From Oscillospiraceae bacterium (lineage in GTDB: Bacteria; Bacillota; Clostridia; Oscillospirales; Oscillospiraceae), in NCBI GenBank assembly GCA_017552325.1, contig JAFZQE010000037.1:4926-68925 (forward strand): DNA of 64,000 nucleotides, written 5' to 3'. Below the pieces are notes generated by a model that worked only from the letters and a program-made list of their open reading frames with translations, made no database searches and was not told the DNA's origin. Numbering within the stretch: the stretch's first letter is position 1; each line of letters begins with the position of its first letter. A program made the position numbers and the translations under genes. Shown here in pieces: positions 18,359 to 27,900 of the stretch.

Positions 18359-18925
18359 TCAAGAAAAACCATGCACAAAACAATAACGACTTTCCGCGCA
18401 CTTCATCGGTTCCGTTAATTCAAGCTCCCAAAAATCATTTTCGTGGGTAAAGACGATGACGTGCTCCATTGATTCATCAAAAACATATAAGTCTTCGGGG
18501 AGAACGGCATCTTTTAGATACATGTCCATGGCAGATAGACGCCAAGATTCATACCACTCATATTCGACCAGATCAGCGAGTTCATTTGCGCCCGCCTTCG
18601 CAACAAAGCCCTTCTCAGTTCTTCCATTAACCCTAAGCCTACAGCTGTCGGAATGATCTTCACTCTCAGACATAAAAAGCACCTGGTTCTTCATATTCCT
18701 AAGCGTTTTCAGCGCGTCAGAAAAAGATACTCTATGAAACAGCATATCGTCCAGGTCAATTCTGTCTATCAGATGAGTAAGATGATAGTTCTCCGGGGAT
18801 TTTAAGTATTCTGTTATAAAAGGAGTATCTCTATATTTCTCAAAAAAAGTGTCACATGACATCGTATATTTTTTTGAAAAATCATTTCTGATTGTAACGC
18901 CGCGGTCCGATGACAGGATCTCCAT
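18359..18925 (-). CDS. Hypothetical protein (188 aa), AT-rich gene
   Basis: Long ORF of clearly lower GC than its flanks, 35 nt downstream of hutH on the same strand. No recognisable motif. Confidence 0.55.
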   Translation of the reverse strand: MEILSSDRGVTIRNDFSKKYTMSCDTFFEKYRDTPFITEYLKSPENYHLTHLIDRIDLDDMLFHRVSFSDALKTLRNMKNQVLFMSESEDHSDSCRLRVNGRTEKGFVAKAGANELADLVEYEWYESWRLSAMDMYLKDAVLPEDLYVFDESMEHVIVFTHENDFWELELTEPMKCAESRYCFVHGFS

Positions 18926-18960
18926 TCCGCGTGATTCACCGGCCTCTCACAATAACAAGT

Positions 18961-20550
18961 TTATTCGAAATCGGGTACGAGCTCGTCGGCGATGTCGAGC
19001 AGCTCGCCGCTGCGGACCATGGCCTCGACGGCGCGGATGTCCGGCCAGATCTCGCGGTCGGTCTCGTAGAAAGCGACCTTCTCGCGCACATGGCGGTGGA
19101 TCGCCTCATGCACCGGGGAGAGCCCCTCGCCGTGCGTGCCGACGCGGCGGCGGATATCGACGGCCTGGCAGGCGGTCAGCAGCTCGAAGGCCAGCACGCT
19201 CAGCGTGTTTTCGAGGATCGTCCCGGCCTTGCGCGCCGCGGTCGTGCCCATCGAGACGAAGTCCTCCTGGTTGGCCGAGGAGGGGATCGAGTCGACCGAG
19301 GCCGGGTGCGCGAGAACCTTGTTCTCGCTGACCATCGAGGCCGCGGAGTACTGAACGATCATGAAGCCGCTGTTCAGCCCGCCCTCGGTGGTGAGGAAGG
19401 GCGTCAGCCCGTTGGAGAGCGCGGCGTTGACCATGCGCTCGGTGCGGCGCTCGGAGATGCTCGCCAGCTCCGCCTCGGCGATGCCGAGGTAGTCGAAGGG
19501 CAGCGCCATCGGCTCGCCGTGGAAGTTGCCGCCGGAGAGCACAGCCTCGTCCTCGAGAAAGAGCAGGGGATTGTCGGTAACGGCGTTGAGCTCGATGTCG
19601 ACGCGGGACCTGATGAAGGCCAGCGCGTCGCGGATGGCGCCATGCACCTGGGGGATGCAGCGCAGCGCGTAGGCGTCCTGCACGCGGTCGCCCTGGCTGT
19701 TTCGCAGGATCTCGCAGCCCTCGGTCAGAAGGCGGAGGTTGCGCGCGACGAGGATCTGCCCCGGCTGGCCGCGCAGCACATGCAGGCGCTCCTGGAAGGC
19801 GTTGAGCTGTCCGGCGAGCGCGGTGAGCGACAGGGAGGAGATCAGGTCGGCGAGCCGGGCGGCGCGGATCGCGTCGTAGAGCGCGAGCGCCCCGACAGCG
19901 GTCATCGCGCAGGTGCCGTTGGTGATGCCGAGGCCCTCCTTGCAGGCGAGGCTGTGCAGCGGCTCGATCCCGGTGGCCCTCATGGCCTCCGCCCCGGGCA
20001 GGACGCGGCCCTCAAATTCGGCCTCGCCGCAGCCTAGCAGCACCAGGCCCATGTGGCTGAGCGGGGCCAGGTCGCCGGAGGCGCCGAGGGAGCCCTTCTG
20101 CGGAACGACGGGCGTGACGCCGCGGTTAAGCATTTCGACCAGTTTTTCCACCAGAACGGGACGCACGCCGCTGACCCCGACGCAGAGGGCGTTGGCGCGC
20201 AGCAGCATCATGCCGCGCACGGCCTCGCGGGCGTAGGGCTCGCCGGTCGAAGTGCAGTGACTGTAGATCAGGTTGTTCGAGAGCTTCGCGCTCATCTCCT
20301 CCGGCACGGCCACCGTGGCGAAATCGCCGAAGCCGGTCGTGATGCCGTAGGCGACGCGCTTTTCGTTTGCGATCTTGTCCGCCAGCGCGCGGGAACGCCG
20401 CAGCGCCTCCAGCGCTTCTTCGGTCAGCTCCGCGCAGGCGTCGTATCGGGCGACGGCGACCAGCTCGTCGAGCGTCAGACTGTGTCCGTCCAGCCGGACG
20501 GTCCGTATGCTTTTCGCATGCTCCAAGGCAAAAGCCTCCTCTCGGTTCAT
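18961..20550 (-). CDS. hutH: Histidine ammonia-lyase
   Basis: MIO-forming GSLGASGDLAPLSH, plus YGITTGFG. Start trimmed to ATG 20550 (MNREEAF), directly downstream of the promoter at 20558-20586. Confidence 0.92.
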   Translation of the reverse strand: MNREEAFALEHAKSIRTVRLDGHSLTLDELVAVARYDACAELTEEALEALRRSRALADKIANEKRVAYGITTGFGDFATVAVPEEMSAKLSNNLIYSHCTSTGEPYAREAVRGMMLLRANALCVGVSGVRPVLVEKLVEMLNRGVTPVVPQKGSLGASGDLAPLSHMGLVLLGCGEAEFEGRVLPGAEAMRATGIEPLHSLACKEGLGITNGTCAMTAVGALALYDAIRAARLADLISSLSLTALAGQLNAFQERLHVLRGQPGQILVARNLRLLTEGCEILRNSQGDRVQDAYALRCIPQVHGAIRDALAFIRSRVDIELNAVTDNPLLFLEDEAVLSGGNFHGEPMALPFDYLGIAEAELASISERRTERMVNAALSNGLTPFLTTEGGLNSGFMIVQYSAASMVSENKVLAHPASVDSIPSSANQEDFVSMGTTAARKAGTILENTLSVLAFELLTACQAVDIRRRVGTHGEGLSPVHEAIHRHVREKVAFYETDREIWPDIRAVEAMVRSGELLDIADELVPDFE

Positions 20551-20557
20551 CCTGGAC

Positions 20558-20586
20558 AGTATAGCACAATTTTGCATACTTTTCAA
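20558..20586 (-). promoter_or_regulatory. Promoter for hutH (TTGAAA-17-TGcTATACT), only 7 nt from the ATG
   Basis: On the minus strand: TTGAAA at 20586-20581, 17-nt spacer, TATACT at 20563-20558, then GTCCAGG and ATG at 20550. Confidence 0.55.
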
Positions 20587-20747
20587 CTCAGAATCGCAAA
20601 TATCAGCGAAAAGCTGTATTTTTATCAGCAAATTAGCGCATCAGTACGTTAACGAAAAAAAGCGGCCGCGCTGATCGCGAAGAAAAAAGTGGCAAAAACG
20701 GCGGAAATATGCTACGCTGTGCAGGAGAGGAAAGCGAGGCGAACAGG

Positions 20748-21395
20748 ATGCGGCAGGGACTGATTTTTGATCTGGACGGGACGCTCTGGGACAGCACGGA
20801 GGTGATCCGGCCCGTATGGAACGGGATCCTGACGGCGCACGGACGGCGGGCTTTGGACGAGGCCGCCTTCGGCGCGCTGATGGGCATGACTAAGGCGGGC
20901 ATCGCGGCGAGGCTGTTTCCGGAGTTCCAGGAGACCGATCGGATCGCCGTGATCGACGAGTGCTTCGAAGCCGAGCAGCGCGTGCTGCGCCTTGTCGGCG
21001 GGCGGCTTTATCCCGGGCTGCGCGAAACGCTGGAGAAGCTGCACGCGCGCTACGGCCTTTATATCGTCTCCAACTGCGCGCCGGGCTATCTGGACGCCTT
21101 TTTCGAGGCGCACGGCCTGCGCTTCTGCTTCGACGACTTCGAGACGCACGGCGGCACCGGGCTCTCCAAGGGCGGGAACATCCGCCTGATCGTTAATCGA
21201 AACAACTTAGTCCGCGCCTGGTATATCGGCGACACCCGTTCGGACGCCGAGGCCGCCGCCGAGGCGGGCCTGCCCTTTATCCATGCAGCCTACGGCTTCG
21301 GCGAGGTACCGGAGGCCGCGCTGCGGATCGGGCGCATCGAAGAGCTGCCGGCGCTGATGTCGGCGATCGAAGGGAGAGAAAAAGCATGTCCCTGA
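20748..21395 (+). CDS. HAD-superfamily hydrolase (phosphoglycolate phosphatase-like)
   Basis: Motif I at LIFDLDGTLWDS and a late GDTRSD motif. ATG 20748 chosen. Confidence 0.8.
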   Translation: MRQGLIFDLDGTLWDSTEVIRPVWNGILTAHGRRALDEAAFGALMGMTKAGIAARLFPEFQETDRIAVIDECFEAEQRVLRLVGGRLYPGLRETLEKLHARYGLYIVSNCAPGYLDAFFEAHGLRFCFDDFETHGGTGLSKGGNIRLIVNRNNLVRAWYIGDTRSDAEAAAEAGLPFIHAAYGFGEVPEAALRIGRIEELPALMSAIEGREKACP

Positions 21396-22264
21396 CGGCA
21401 GTTTTATTCAATCTGATGGCGCTGAAAAGCGACCGGAAGCGCGACGCGCAGCTGAAGATCCCGCCCTCGGTCGAGGCGCTTCGCGATCTGTCCTACGGCC
21501 CGCACGGGAGGTGGAACCTGCTCGACCTCTATCTGCCGCGCGAGGCGGAGCGGCCGCTGCCGGTGATCGTCAGCGTGCACGGCGGCGGCTGGGTCTACGG
21601 CACGAAGGAAACCTACCGCTATTACTGCTCGGATCTGGCGCGGCGCGGCTTCGCGGTCGTCAATTTCAGCTATCGCCTCGCGCCGAAGAACAAGTTCCCG
21701 GCCGCGATGGAGGACACGAACGAGGCCTTCCGCTGGCTGACGGAGAACGCCGGGCAATACGGGCTGGACGCCTCGCGCGTCTTTGCCGTAGGCGACAGCG
21801 CGGGCGCGCAGATGCTTGGGGCCTACGCCTGCATCCTCACCGACCCGGACTACGCCGCGCGCTATCCCTTCCGCGCGCCGGAGGGACTGAAGCTGCGGGC
21901 CGTCGCGCTCAACTGCGGCGTCTATCAGGTCAGCCTCAGCGGGAAGCGCGACGCGACGGCGGCGCTGATGCGCGACGTGCTGCCCGGCGGCGGCACGCCC
22001 GAGGAGCTCGACACGGTCAGCGTGCTGCGGCATGTGACACCCGGCTTCCCGCCCGCCTTCGTCATGACCGGCTCCGGCGACTTCCTGGCCGAGCAGGCCC
22101 CGCCGCTCGTCGAACGCCTGAAGGAGCTCAGCGTCGAGACCGAGTATCGCTACTACGGCGACGAGCAGAAAGTCCTCGGGCACGTGTTCCACTGCAACCA
22201 GAGCATGCCGGAGGCGACGCGGTGCAACGACGACGAATGCGCCTTCTTCCGCCGCTTCTTGTAA
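21386..22264 (+). CDS. Alpha/beta hydrolase, HSL-type esterase/lipase
   Basis: Oxyanion motif VHGGGW and nucleophile elbow GDSAGA. Confidence 0.8.
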   Translation: MSLTAVLFNLMALKSDRKRDAQLKIPPSVEALRDLSYGPHGRWNLLDLYLPREAERPLPVIVSVHGGGWVYGTKETYRYYCSDLARRGFAVVNFSYRLAPKNKFPAAMEDTNEAFRWLTENAGQYGLDASRVFAVGDSAGAQMLGAYACILTDPDYAARYPFRAPEGLKLRAVALNCGVYQVSLSGKRDATAALMRDVLPGGGTPEELDTVSVLRHVTPGFPPAFVMTGSGDFLAEQAPPLVERLKELSVETEYRYYGDEQKVLGHVFHCNQSMPEATRCNDDECAFFRRFL

Positions 22265-22316
22265 TCCCGGCGTCACCGTGATACAATAGAGAAAATCCGA
22301 TTCCGGAGATGATCCC

Positions 22317-23447
22317 ATGAACGATATGCAAAAAAGGACCTGGGCCGAGATCAGCCTGCCGAACATCCGGCACAACTATCGCGCGATCCGCGCCGCGCTG
22401 CCGAAGGGCTGCCGCTTCCTCGGCGTCGTGAAGGCTGACGCCTACGGGCACGGCGCGCTGGCCGTGTCGAAGCTCCTGCAGGACGAGGGCGCGGAGTATC
22501 TGGCCGTGTCCTGCCTGGACGAGGCGCTGGAGCTGCGCGGGGGCGGCATCACGATGCCGATCCTGATCCTCGGCCACACGCCGCACGAATACACCGAGAC
22601 CCTGATCGACAACGACATCATGCAGACCGTCAGCGCCCTGGCGAAGGCGGAGGAGTATTCCGCCGCCGCGACCGCGCTGGGGAAGACGCTGCGCATCCAC
22701 ATCAAGCTCGACACCGGCATGTCCCGGCTCGGCTTCCTCTGCGCGGGCGATTATTTCGAGGGCGGCGTCGAGAACGTCGCGCGCTCGATCAGCCTGCCGG
22801 GGCTGGAGACCGAGGGCGTGTACACGCATTTCGCGGTCTCGGACGCGCCGGGGGAGGAGAACGAGGCCTACACCCGCGCGCAGTTCAGGCTCTTCACCGA
22901 CCTGATCGCCGAGGTCGAGCGCCGCGCCGCTTTCCGCTTCCCGATCCGCCACTGCGCCAACTCCGGCGCGGTGCTGCACTACCCGGAGATGGCGCTGGAC
23001 ATGGCGCGGCCCGGTCTGCTGCTCTACGGCTACGGCGACGACGAAAACAAACTGGGCCTGCGGCCCTGCATGCGCCTGGTGACGACGGTCAGCACGATCA
23101 AGCACTACGAGCCGGGCACCTCGGTCAGCTACGGTCGCCGCTTCGTCTGTCAGCGCCGCACCCGCATGGGCGTGCTCGCGATCGGCTACGCGGACGGCCT
23201 GCCCCGCATTCTCTCCAACCGCTGTTCCTTTGCCGCGGGCGAGGGCTTCGCGCCCCAGTGCGGCAGCATCTGCATGGACATGTGCATGGTCGACCTGACC
23301 GACCGGCCGGAGGTGCACGTCGGCGACGAGGTCGAGATCTTCGGCGAGCGCAGCGACCTCAACGTATTGGCCGAGATCGCCGGGACGATCCCCTACGAGC
23401 TGCTCTGCTCGGTGTACAAGCGCGTCCCGCGGGTTTACAGTGCTTAG
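22317..23447 (+). CDS. alr: Alanine racemase
   Basis: PLP-Lys motif GVVKADAYGHGA, plus SYGRRF and CMDMCMVD. Confidence 0.92.
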   Translation: MNDMQKRTWAEISLPNIRHNYRAIRAALPKGCRFLGVVKADAYGHGALAVSKLLQDEGAEYLAVSCLDEALELRGGGITMPILILGHTPHEYTETLIDNDIMQTVSALAKAEEYSAAATALGKTLRIHIKLDTGMSRLGFLCAGDYFEGGVENVARSISLPGLETEGVYTHFAVSDAPGEENEAYTRAQFRLFTDLIAEVERRAAFRFPIRHCANSGAVLHYPEMALDMARPGLLLYGYGDDENKLGLRPCMRLVTTVSTIKHYEPGTSVSYGRRFVCQRRTRMGVLAIGYADGLPRILSNRCSFAAGEGFAPQCGSICMDMCMVDLTDRPEVHVGDEVEIFGERSDLNVLAEIAGTIPYELLCSVYKRVPRVYSA

Positions 23448-23461
23448 TGCTTAGTGCTTAG
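23438..23461 (+). repeat. (TGCTTAG)x3 heptamer array; reads CAG-N4-UAG-N4-UAG-N4-UAG as RNA
   Basis: TGCTTAG at 23441-23447, 23448-23454 and 23455-23461. The first TAG is the alr stop codon. Confidence 0.9.
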
Positions 23462-23512
23462 ATAATTCGGAATGAAATCCAACCTGCGATTTCATACTTG
23501 GAGGCTGTGACG

Positions 23513-24100
23513 ATGAAGGTTTATCTGCCGCTCGGAGACTTTCCCAACTATGTGAACGCGCTGAACTTCTGCGGCGCGGAGATCTGCCGCGAGCATCCGG
23601 AGGACTGCGACGCGCTGCTGCTGCCCGGCGGCGGCGATATCGACCCGAAGCTCTACGGGCAGGAAAACCGCGGCTCCGAGGGCATCAAAGAGGAGCGCGA
23701 CCGGCTGGAGGCGGAGGCCTTCCGGATCTTCGCCGAGCGCGGACGGCCGATTTTCGGCGTCTGCCGCGGCGCGCAGATGGTCAACGTCATGCTCGGCGGC
23801 ACGCTGCACCAGGACATCCCCGGCCACCGGCAGGAGGGTAACGACGAGCTGCGGCACGGCTCGCGCACGGTCGATCCGCTGCTGATCTCGCTCTACGGCG
23901 AGCGCTTCATCGTCAACAGCACGCACCACCAGTCCATCGACCGCCTCGGCGAGGGCCTGCGGGCCGTCCAGTGGGCCGAGGACGGCACGATCGAGGCGAT
24001 CCGGCACGACACGCTGCCGATCTTCGCCGTCCAGTGGCACCCCGAGCGGCACCATGAGCCGATCGAGGGCTGGAAGCTCTTCGAAGCGCTGTTCAAATAA
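23513..24100 (+). CDS. Class I glutamine amidotransferase / peptidase C26 (gamma-glutamyl-GABA hydrolase-like)
   Basis: GVCRGAQMVNV nucleophile motif and VQWHPE. ATG 23513 lies 8 nt after GGAGG. Confidence 0.85.
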   Translation: MKVYLPLGDFPNYVNALNFCGAEICREHPEDCDALLLPGGGDIDPKLYGQENRGSEGIKEERDRLEAEAFRIFAERGRPIFGVCRGAQMVNVMLGGTLHQDIPGHRQEGNDELRHGSRTVDPLLISLYGERFIVNSTHHQSIDRLGEGLRAVQWAEDGTIEAIRHDTLPIFAVQWHPERHHEPIEGWKLFEALFK

Positions 24101-24119
24101 ATGCGGAATAAAAAAACCA

Positions 24120-24153
24120 CCCGCCCGGGATTTTTCCCGGGCGGGATTTTATT
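24120..24153 (+). terminator. Intrinsic terminator
   Basis: CCCGCCCGGGA (24120-24130) pairs with TCCCGGGCGGG (24135-24145), followed by ATTTTATT. Confidence 0.8.
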
Positions 24154-24279
24154 GCCGCGTCCTATTGTCGGGGGTTCTTGAATTCAGCCGCGTTCCGGAT
24201 ATGTCGCCGCTTCTGAAAAGATGTCATGGAATTCCCTCAAAAACGTCGCTAAGATCAGGGCAGAAAGGGAGGGATATCC

Positions 24280-24690
24280 TTGAAAAAAGACAATACCGTC
24301 AAAAGCGCGCCTCCGGGCGTGATGATCTACCGAAGCAGCCGCGAGCTCTTCAGCCTGCTGCCCGCGGTCTCCGTCAAGCGGCTGCTGCTTGCCATCCTCG
24401 ACTACGAGGGCCCGGGGACCGAACCGGACTTTAGCGACAAAAAGCTCAGCCTGGCCTGGGCGGCGCTGCGCGACGCGCTGGAATCCAACCGCCAAAGCTA
24501 CGAGCAGTCCTGCATGACCAACCGCTACAACCGATTCCTGCGCGAGGCAAAGCGGCAGCTGCCCGCGGAGAAGTGCCCCGACTTCGAGACCTGGTTCGAG
24601 CTGAGCCAAAAAGGGAACCTGAGCGCGGCGCAGACGATGCGGCAGCTCGACCTGACGCAACGGTCGTCAACGCTCGTCAACTATATATAA
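24280..24690 (+). CDS. Hypothetical protein resembling small phage-associated DUF6291-type proteins
   Basis: TTG start 6 nt after GGGAGGGA. The block RLLLAILDYEGPGTEPDF...ESNRQSYEQSCMTNRYNRF resembles that family from memory only. Confidence 0.45.
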   Translation: MKKDNTVKSAPPGVMIYRSSRELFSLLPAVSVKRLLLAILDYEGPGTEPDFSDKKLSLAWAALRDALESNRQSYEQSCMTNRYNRFLREAKRQLPAEKCPDFETWFELSQKGNLSAAQTMRQLDLTQRSSTLVNYI

Positions 24691-24857
24691 ACGTAATCCT
24701 AAAATAAAAGAAAAAATAAAACCGAAATCAAAACATAACATAAGGCGTCCGGCCGGCGAGGATTTTCTGTGGAAAGTGTCAGCGATTGTGGAAAACTTGC
24801 GGACGGACCGTTCATGAGCGTCTGCTTCTCCTGCCGGCGACGGATTCACGATTGCTG

Positions 24858-24886
24858 TTGAAAACGCGGCGCGGGGAGGGTATAAT
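24858..24886 (+). promoter_or_regulatory. Promoter for nifJ (TTGAAA-17-TATAAT)
   Basis: TTGAAA at 24858-24863, 17-nt spacer, TATAAT at 24881-24886. Confidence 0.65.
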
Positions 24887-24934
24887 GGAAGGGCGAAACC
24901 CCGGAACATCACATAACGATCATGGAGGTGCCCG

Positions 24935-27900
24935 ATGCTTACCAAAAAGACCATGGACGGCAATGAGGCCGCCGCATACGCAAGCTATGCCTTTACCGAG
25001 GTCGCGTCGATCTACCCGATCACGCCCTCCAGCCCGATGGCGGACCACGTGGACAACTGGTCCGCGCACGGCAAAAAGAATCTCTTCGGCCAGCCGGTGC
25101 AGCTGGTGGAGATGGAGAGCGAGGCCGGCGCCTGCGGCGCAATGCACGGCGCGCTCGAGACCGGCTCCCTCGCCACGACCTACACCGCTTCCCAGGGCCT
25201 GATGCTGATGATCCCGCCGATGTACCGCATCGCGGGCTCGATGCTGCCCGGCGTGATGCACGTCGCCGCGCGCACGGTCGGCACGCACTCGATCTCGATC
25301 TTCGGCGACCACTCCGACGCGATGGCCTGCCGCCAGACCGGCTTTGCGCAGCTGGCCAGCGCGAGCGTGCAGGAGTGCATGGATCTCGGCGCCGTCGCGC
25401 ACCTAAGCGCGATCAAGGGCTCGATCCCCTTCATGCACTTCTTCGACGGCTTCCGCACCAGCCACGAGCTGCAGAAGATCGACGTGCTGGACTACAGCGA
25501 CCTGGCAAAGCTCGTCGACTGGGACATGGTGAAATACCACAAGGACCACGCGCTGAACTCCGAGCATCCGACCATCCGCTCGACGCTGCAGAACCCCGAC
25601 ACCTTCTTCCAGTCCCGCGAGGCCTGCAACACGGCCTACGAGGCCCTGCCGAAGATCGTGCAGGAGAAGATGGACGCGATCAACGCCCTGACCGGCCGGA
25701 ACTACAGGCTTTTCAACTACTACGGCGCGCCGGACGCCGACCGCGTCGTCATCGCGATGGGCTCCGTCTGCGAGACGATGATGGAGGTCGTCGACTGGCT
25801 CAACGCGCGCGGCGAGAAGGTCGGCATGGTGCAGGTGCACCTCTACCGCCCCTTCTCGGCCAGGCACCTCGCCGCCGCCCTGCCGGCGACCGTGAAGGCC
25901 GTCACCGTGCTCGACCGCACGAAGGAGCCGGGCGCCGCAGGCGAGCCCCTGTTTGAGGACGTCTGCACCGCGCTGCGCGAGAGCGATTTCGGCGGCGTGC
26001 TGATCCTCGGCGGGCGCTACGGCCTTTCTTCCAAGGACACGATCCCCGCGCAGATCCGGGCCGTATACGACAACATGGCGGGGGAGAAAAAGAACCACTT
26101 CACCGTCGGCATCGACGACGACGTGACGCACACCTCGCTGCCCGTCGGCGAGAACATCGTGACCTCCGGCAAGTCGATCATCTCCTGCAAGTTCTGGGGC
26201 CTCGGCTCGGACGGCACGGTCGGCGCGAACAAGAACTCGATCAAGATCATCGGCGACAACACCGACCAGTACGCCCAGGCCTACTTTGAGTACGACTCGA
26301 AGAAGTCCGGCGGCGTGACCAAGAGCCACCTGCGCTTCGGCCACGAGCCGATCCGTTCGACCTACTACGTCACGATGGCCGACTTCGTGGCCTGCCACAA
26401 GCAGAGCTACATGAAGAGCTTCGACATCGTCTCGGAGATCAAGCCCGGCGGCACCTTCCTCCTCAACTGCGACTGGGACATGGCCGGTCTCGAGGAGCAT
26501 CTGCCGAACCGCGCCAAGCGCATCCTCGCCGAGCGCGGCCTGAACTTCTACACGATCGACGCGACCGCCATCGCCCAGCAGATCGGCCTCGGCAACCGCA
26601 CGAACACCGTGCTGCAGGCCGCCTTCTTCAAGCTCTCCGGCATCCTGCCGATCGACGACGCCGTCCGCTACATGAAGGAGGCCATCATCAAGACCTACTC
26701 CAAGAAGGGCGACAAGATCGTCAACATGAACTGCGCCGCGGTCGACGCGGGCCTCAACGCCCTCGTGAAGATCGAGGTCCCCGCCGCCTGGGCGGCGCTC
26801 GAGGACGAGATTGAGACCGTGGACGAGAGCCTGCCTGAGTACATCCGGAAGATCCAGATCCCGGTCAACCGCCAGGCGGGCGACAGGATCCCCGTCTCCG
26901 CCTTCCTGCCCTATGCCGACGGCGTGAGCCCGGTCGAGACCTCGAAGTACGAGCGCCGCGGCATCGCGACGAACGTCCCGAAGTGGATCCCCGAGAACTG
27001 CATCGGCTGCAACATGTGCTCGCTCGTCTGCCCGCACGCCTGCATCCGTCCCTTCCTCGTCACCGAGGAGGAGAAGGCCGCCGCGCCCGATGGGCTCGTC
27101 ACGAAGAAGGCGCTCGGCAAGGGCTTCGAGGCCTATACCTACCGCATCCAGGTCGATCCGATCGACTGCCAGGGCTGCTCGAGCTGCGCCAACGTCTGCC
27201 CGGCGAAGAACAAGGCCCTCGTCATGGAGCCGCTGGAGAGCCAGATTCACGAGCAGCCGAACTGGGACTACCTCGTCGGTCTCCCCGTCAAGGCCAACCC
27301 GATGGACAAATTCAGCGTCAAGGGCAGCCAGTACCAGCGCCCGCTCTACGAGTTCAACGGCTCCTGCGCCGGCTGCGGCGAGGCGCCCTACATGAAGCTG
27401 ATGACCCAGCTCTTCGGCGAGCGCATGTATATCGCGGACGCCACCGGCTGCACCTACGTCGTCGGCTCCTCGACCCCGACCTTCCCCTATGCCAAGACCG
27501 CCGCGGGCTACGGCCCCGCGCCCTCGAACTCGCTGTTTGAGAACAACGCCGAGTACGCGCTCGGCATGTGCCTGTCCGTCGACCAGATGCGCCGCCAGGC
27601 GAAGACCCACGCCGAGGCCGCGCTCGCGACCGCGGACGAAGCCCTGAAGGCCGCGCTGCAGACCTGGCTCGAGAAGGGCGACGAGCCCAATGATACCCGC
27701 GCCGTGTCCGAGGCGCTGAAGGAAGCTCTCGCCGCGACCGCCGACGACAGCGCCGACGTGAAGTGGCTGAAGGAGCGCACCGACACGCTGGTCAAGAAGA
27801 GCATGTGGATGTACGGCGGCGACGGCTGGGCCTACGACATCGGCTACGGAGGCCTCGACCACGTCCTCGCCTCCGGCGTCGACGTGAACATCCTCGTCGT

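Noticed and set aside
24688-24705. Three in-frame stop codons (TAA ACG TAA TCC TAA) after the DUF6291-like gene, considered as a stop-reinforcement signal.
   Set aside because: They lie in a very AT-rich spacer where TAA is expected often. Unlike the heptamer arrays, they show no periodic repeat structure.
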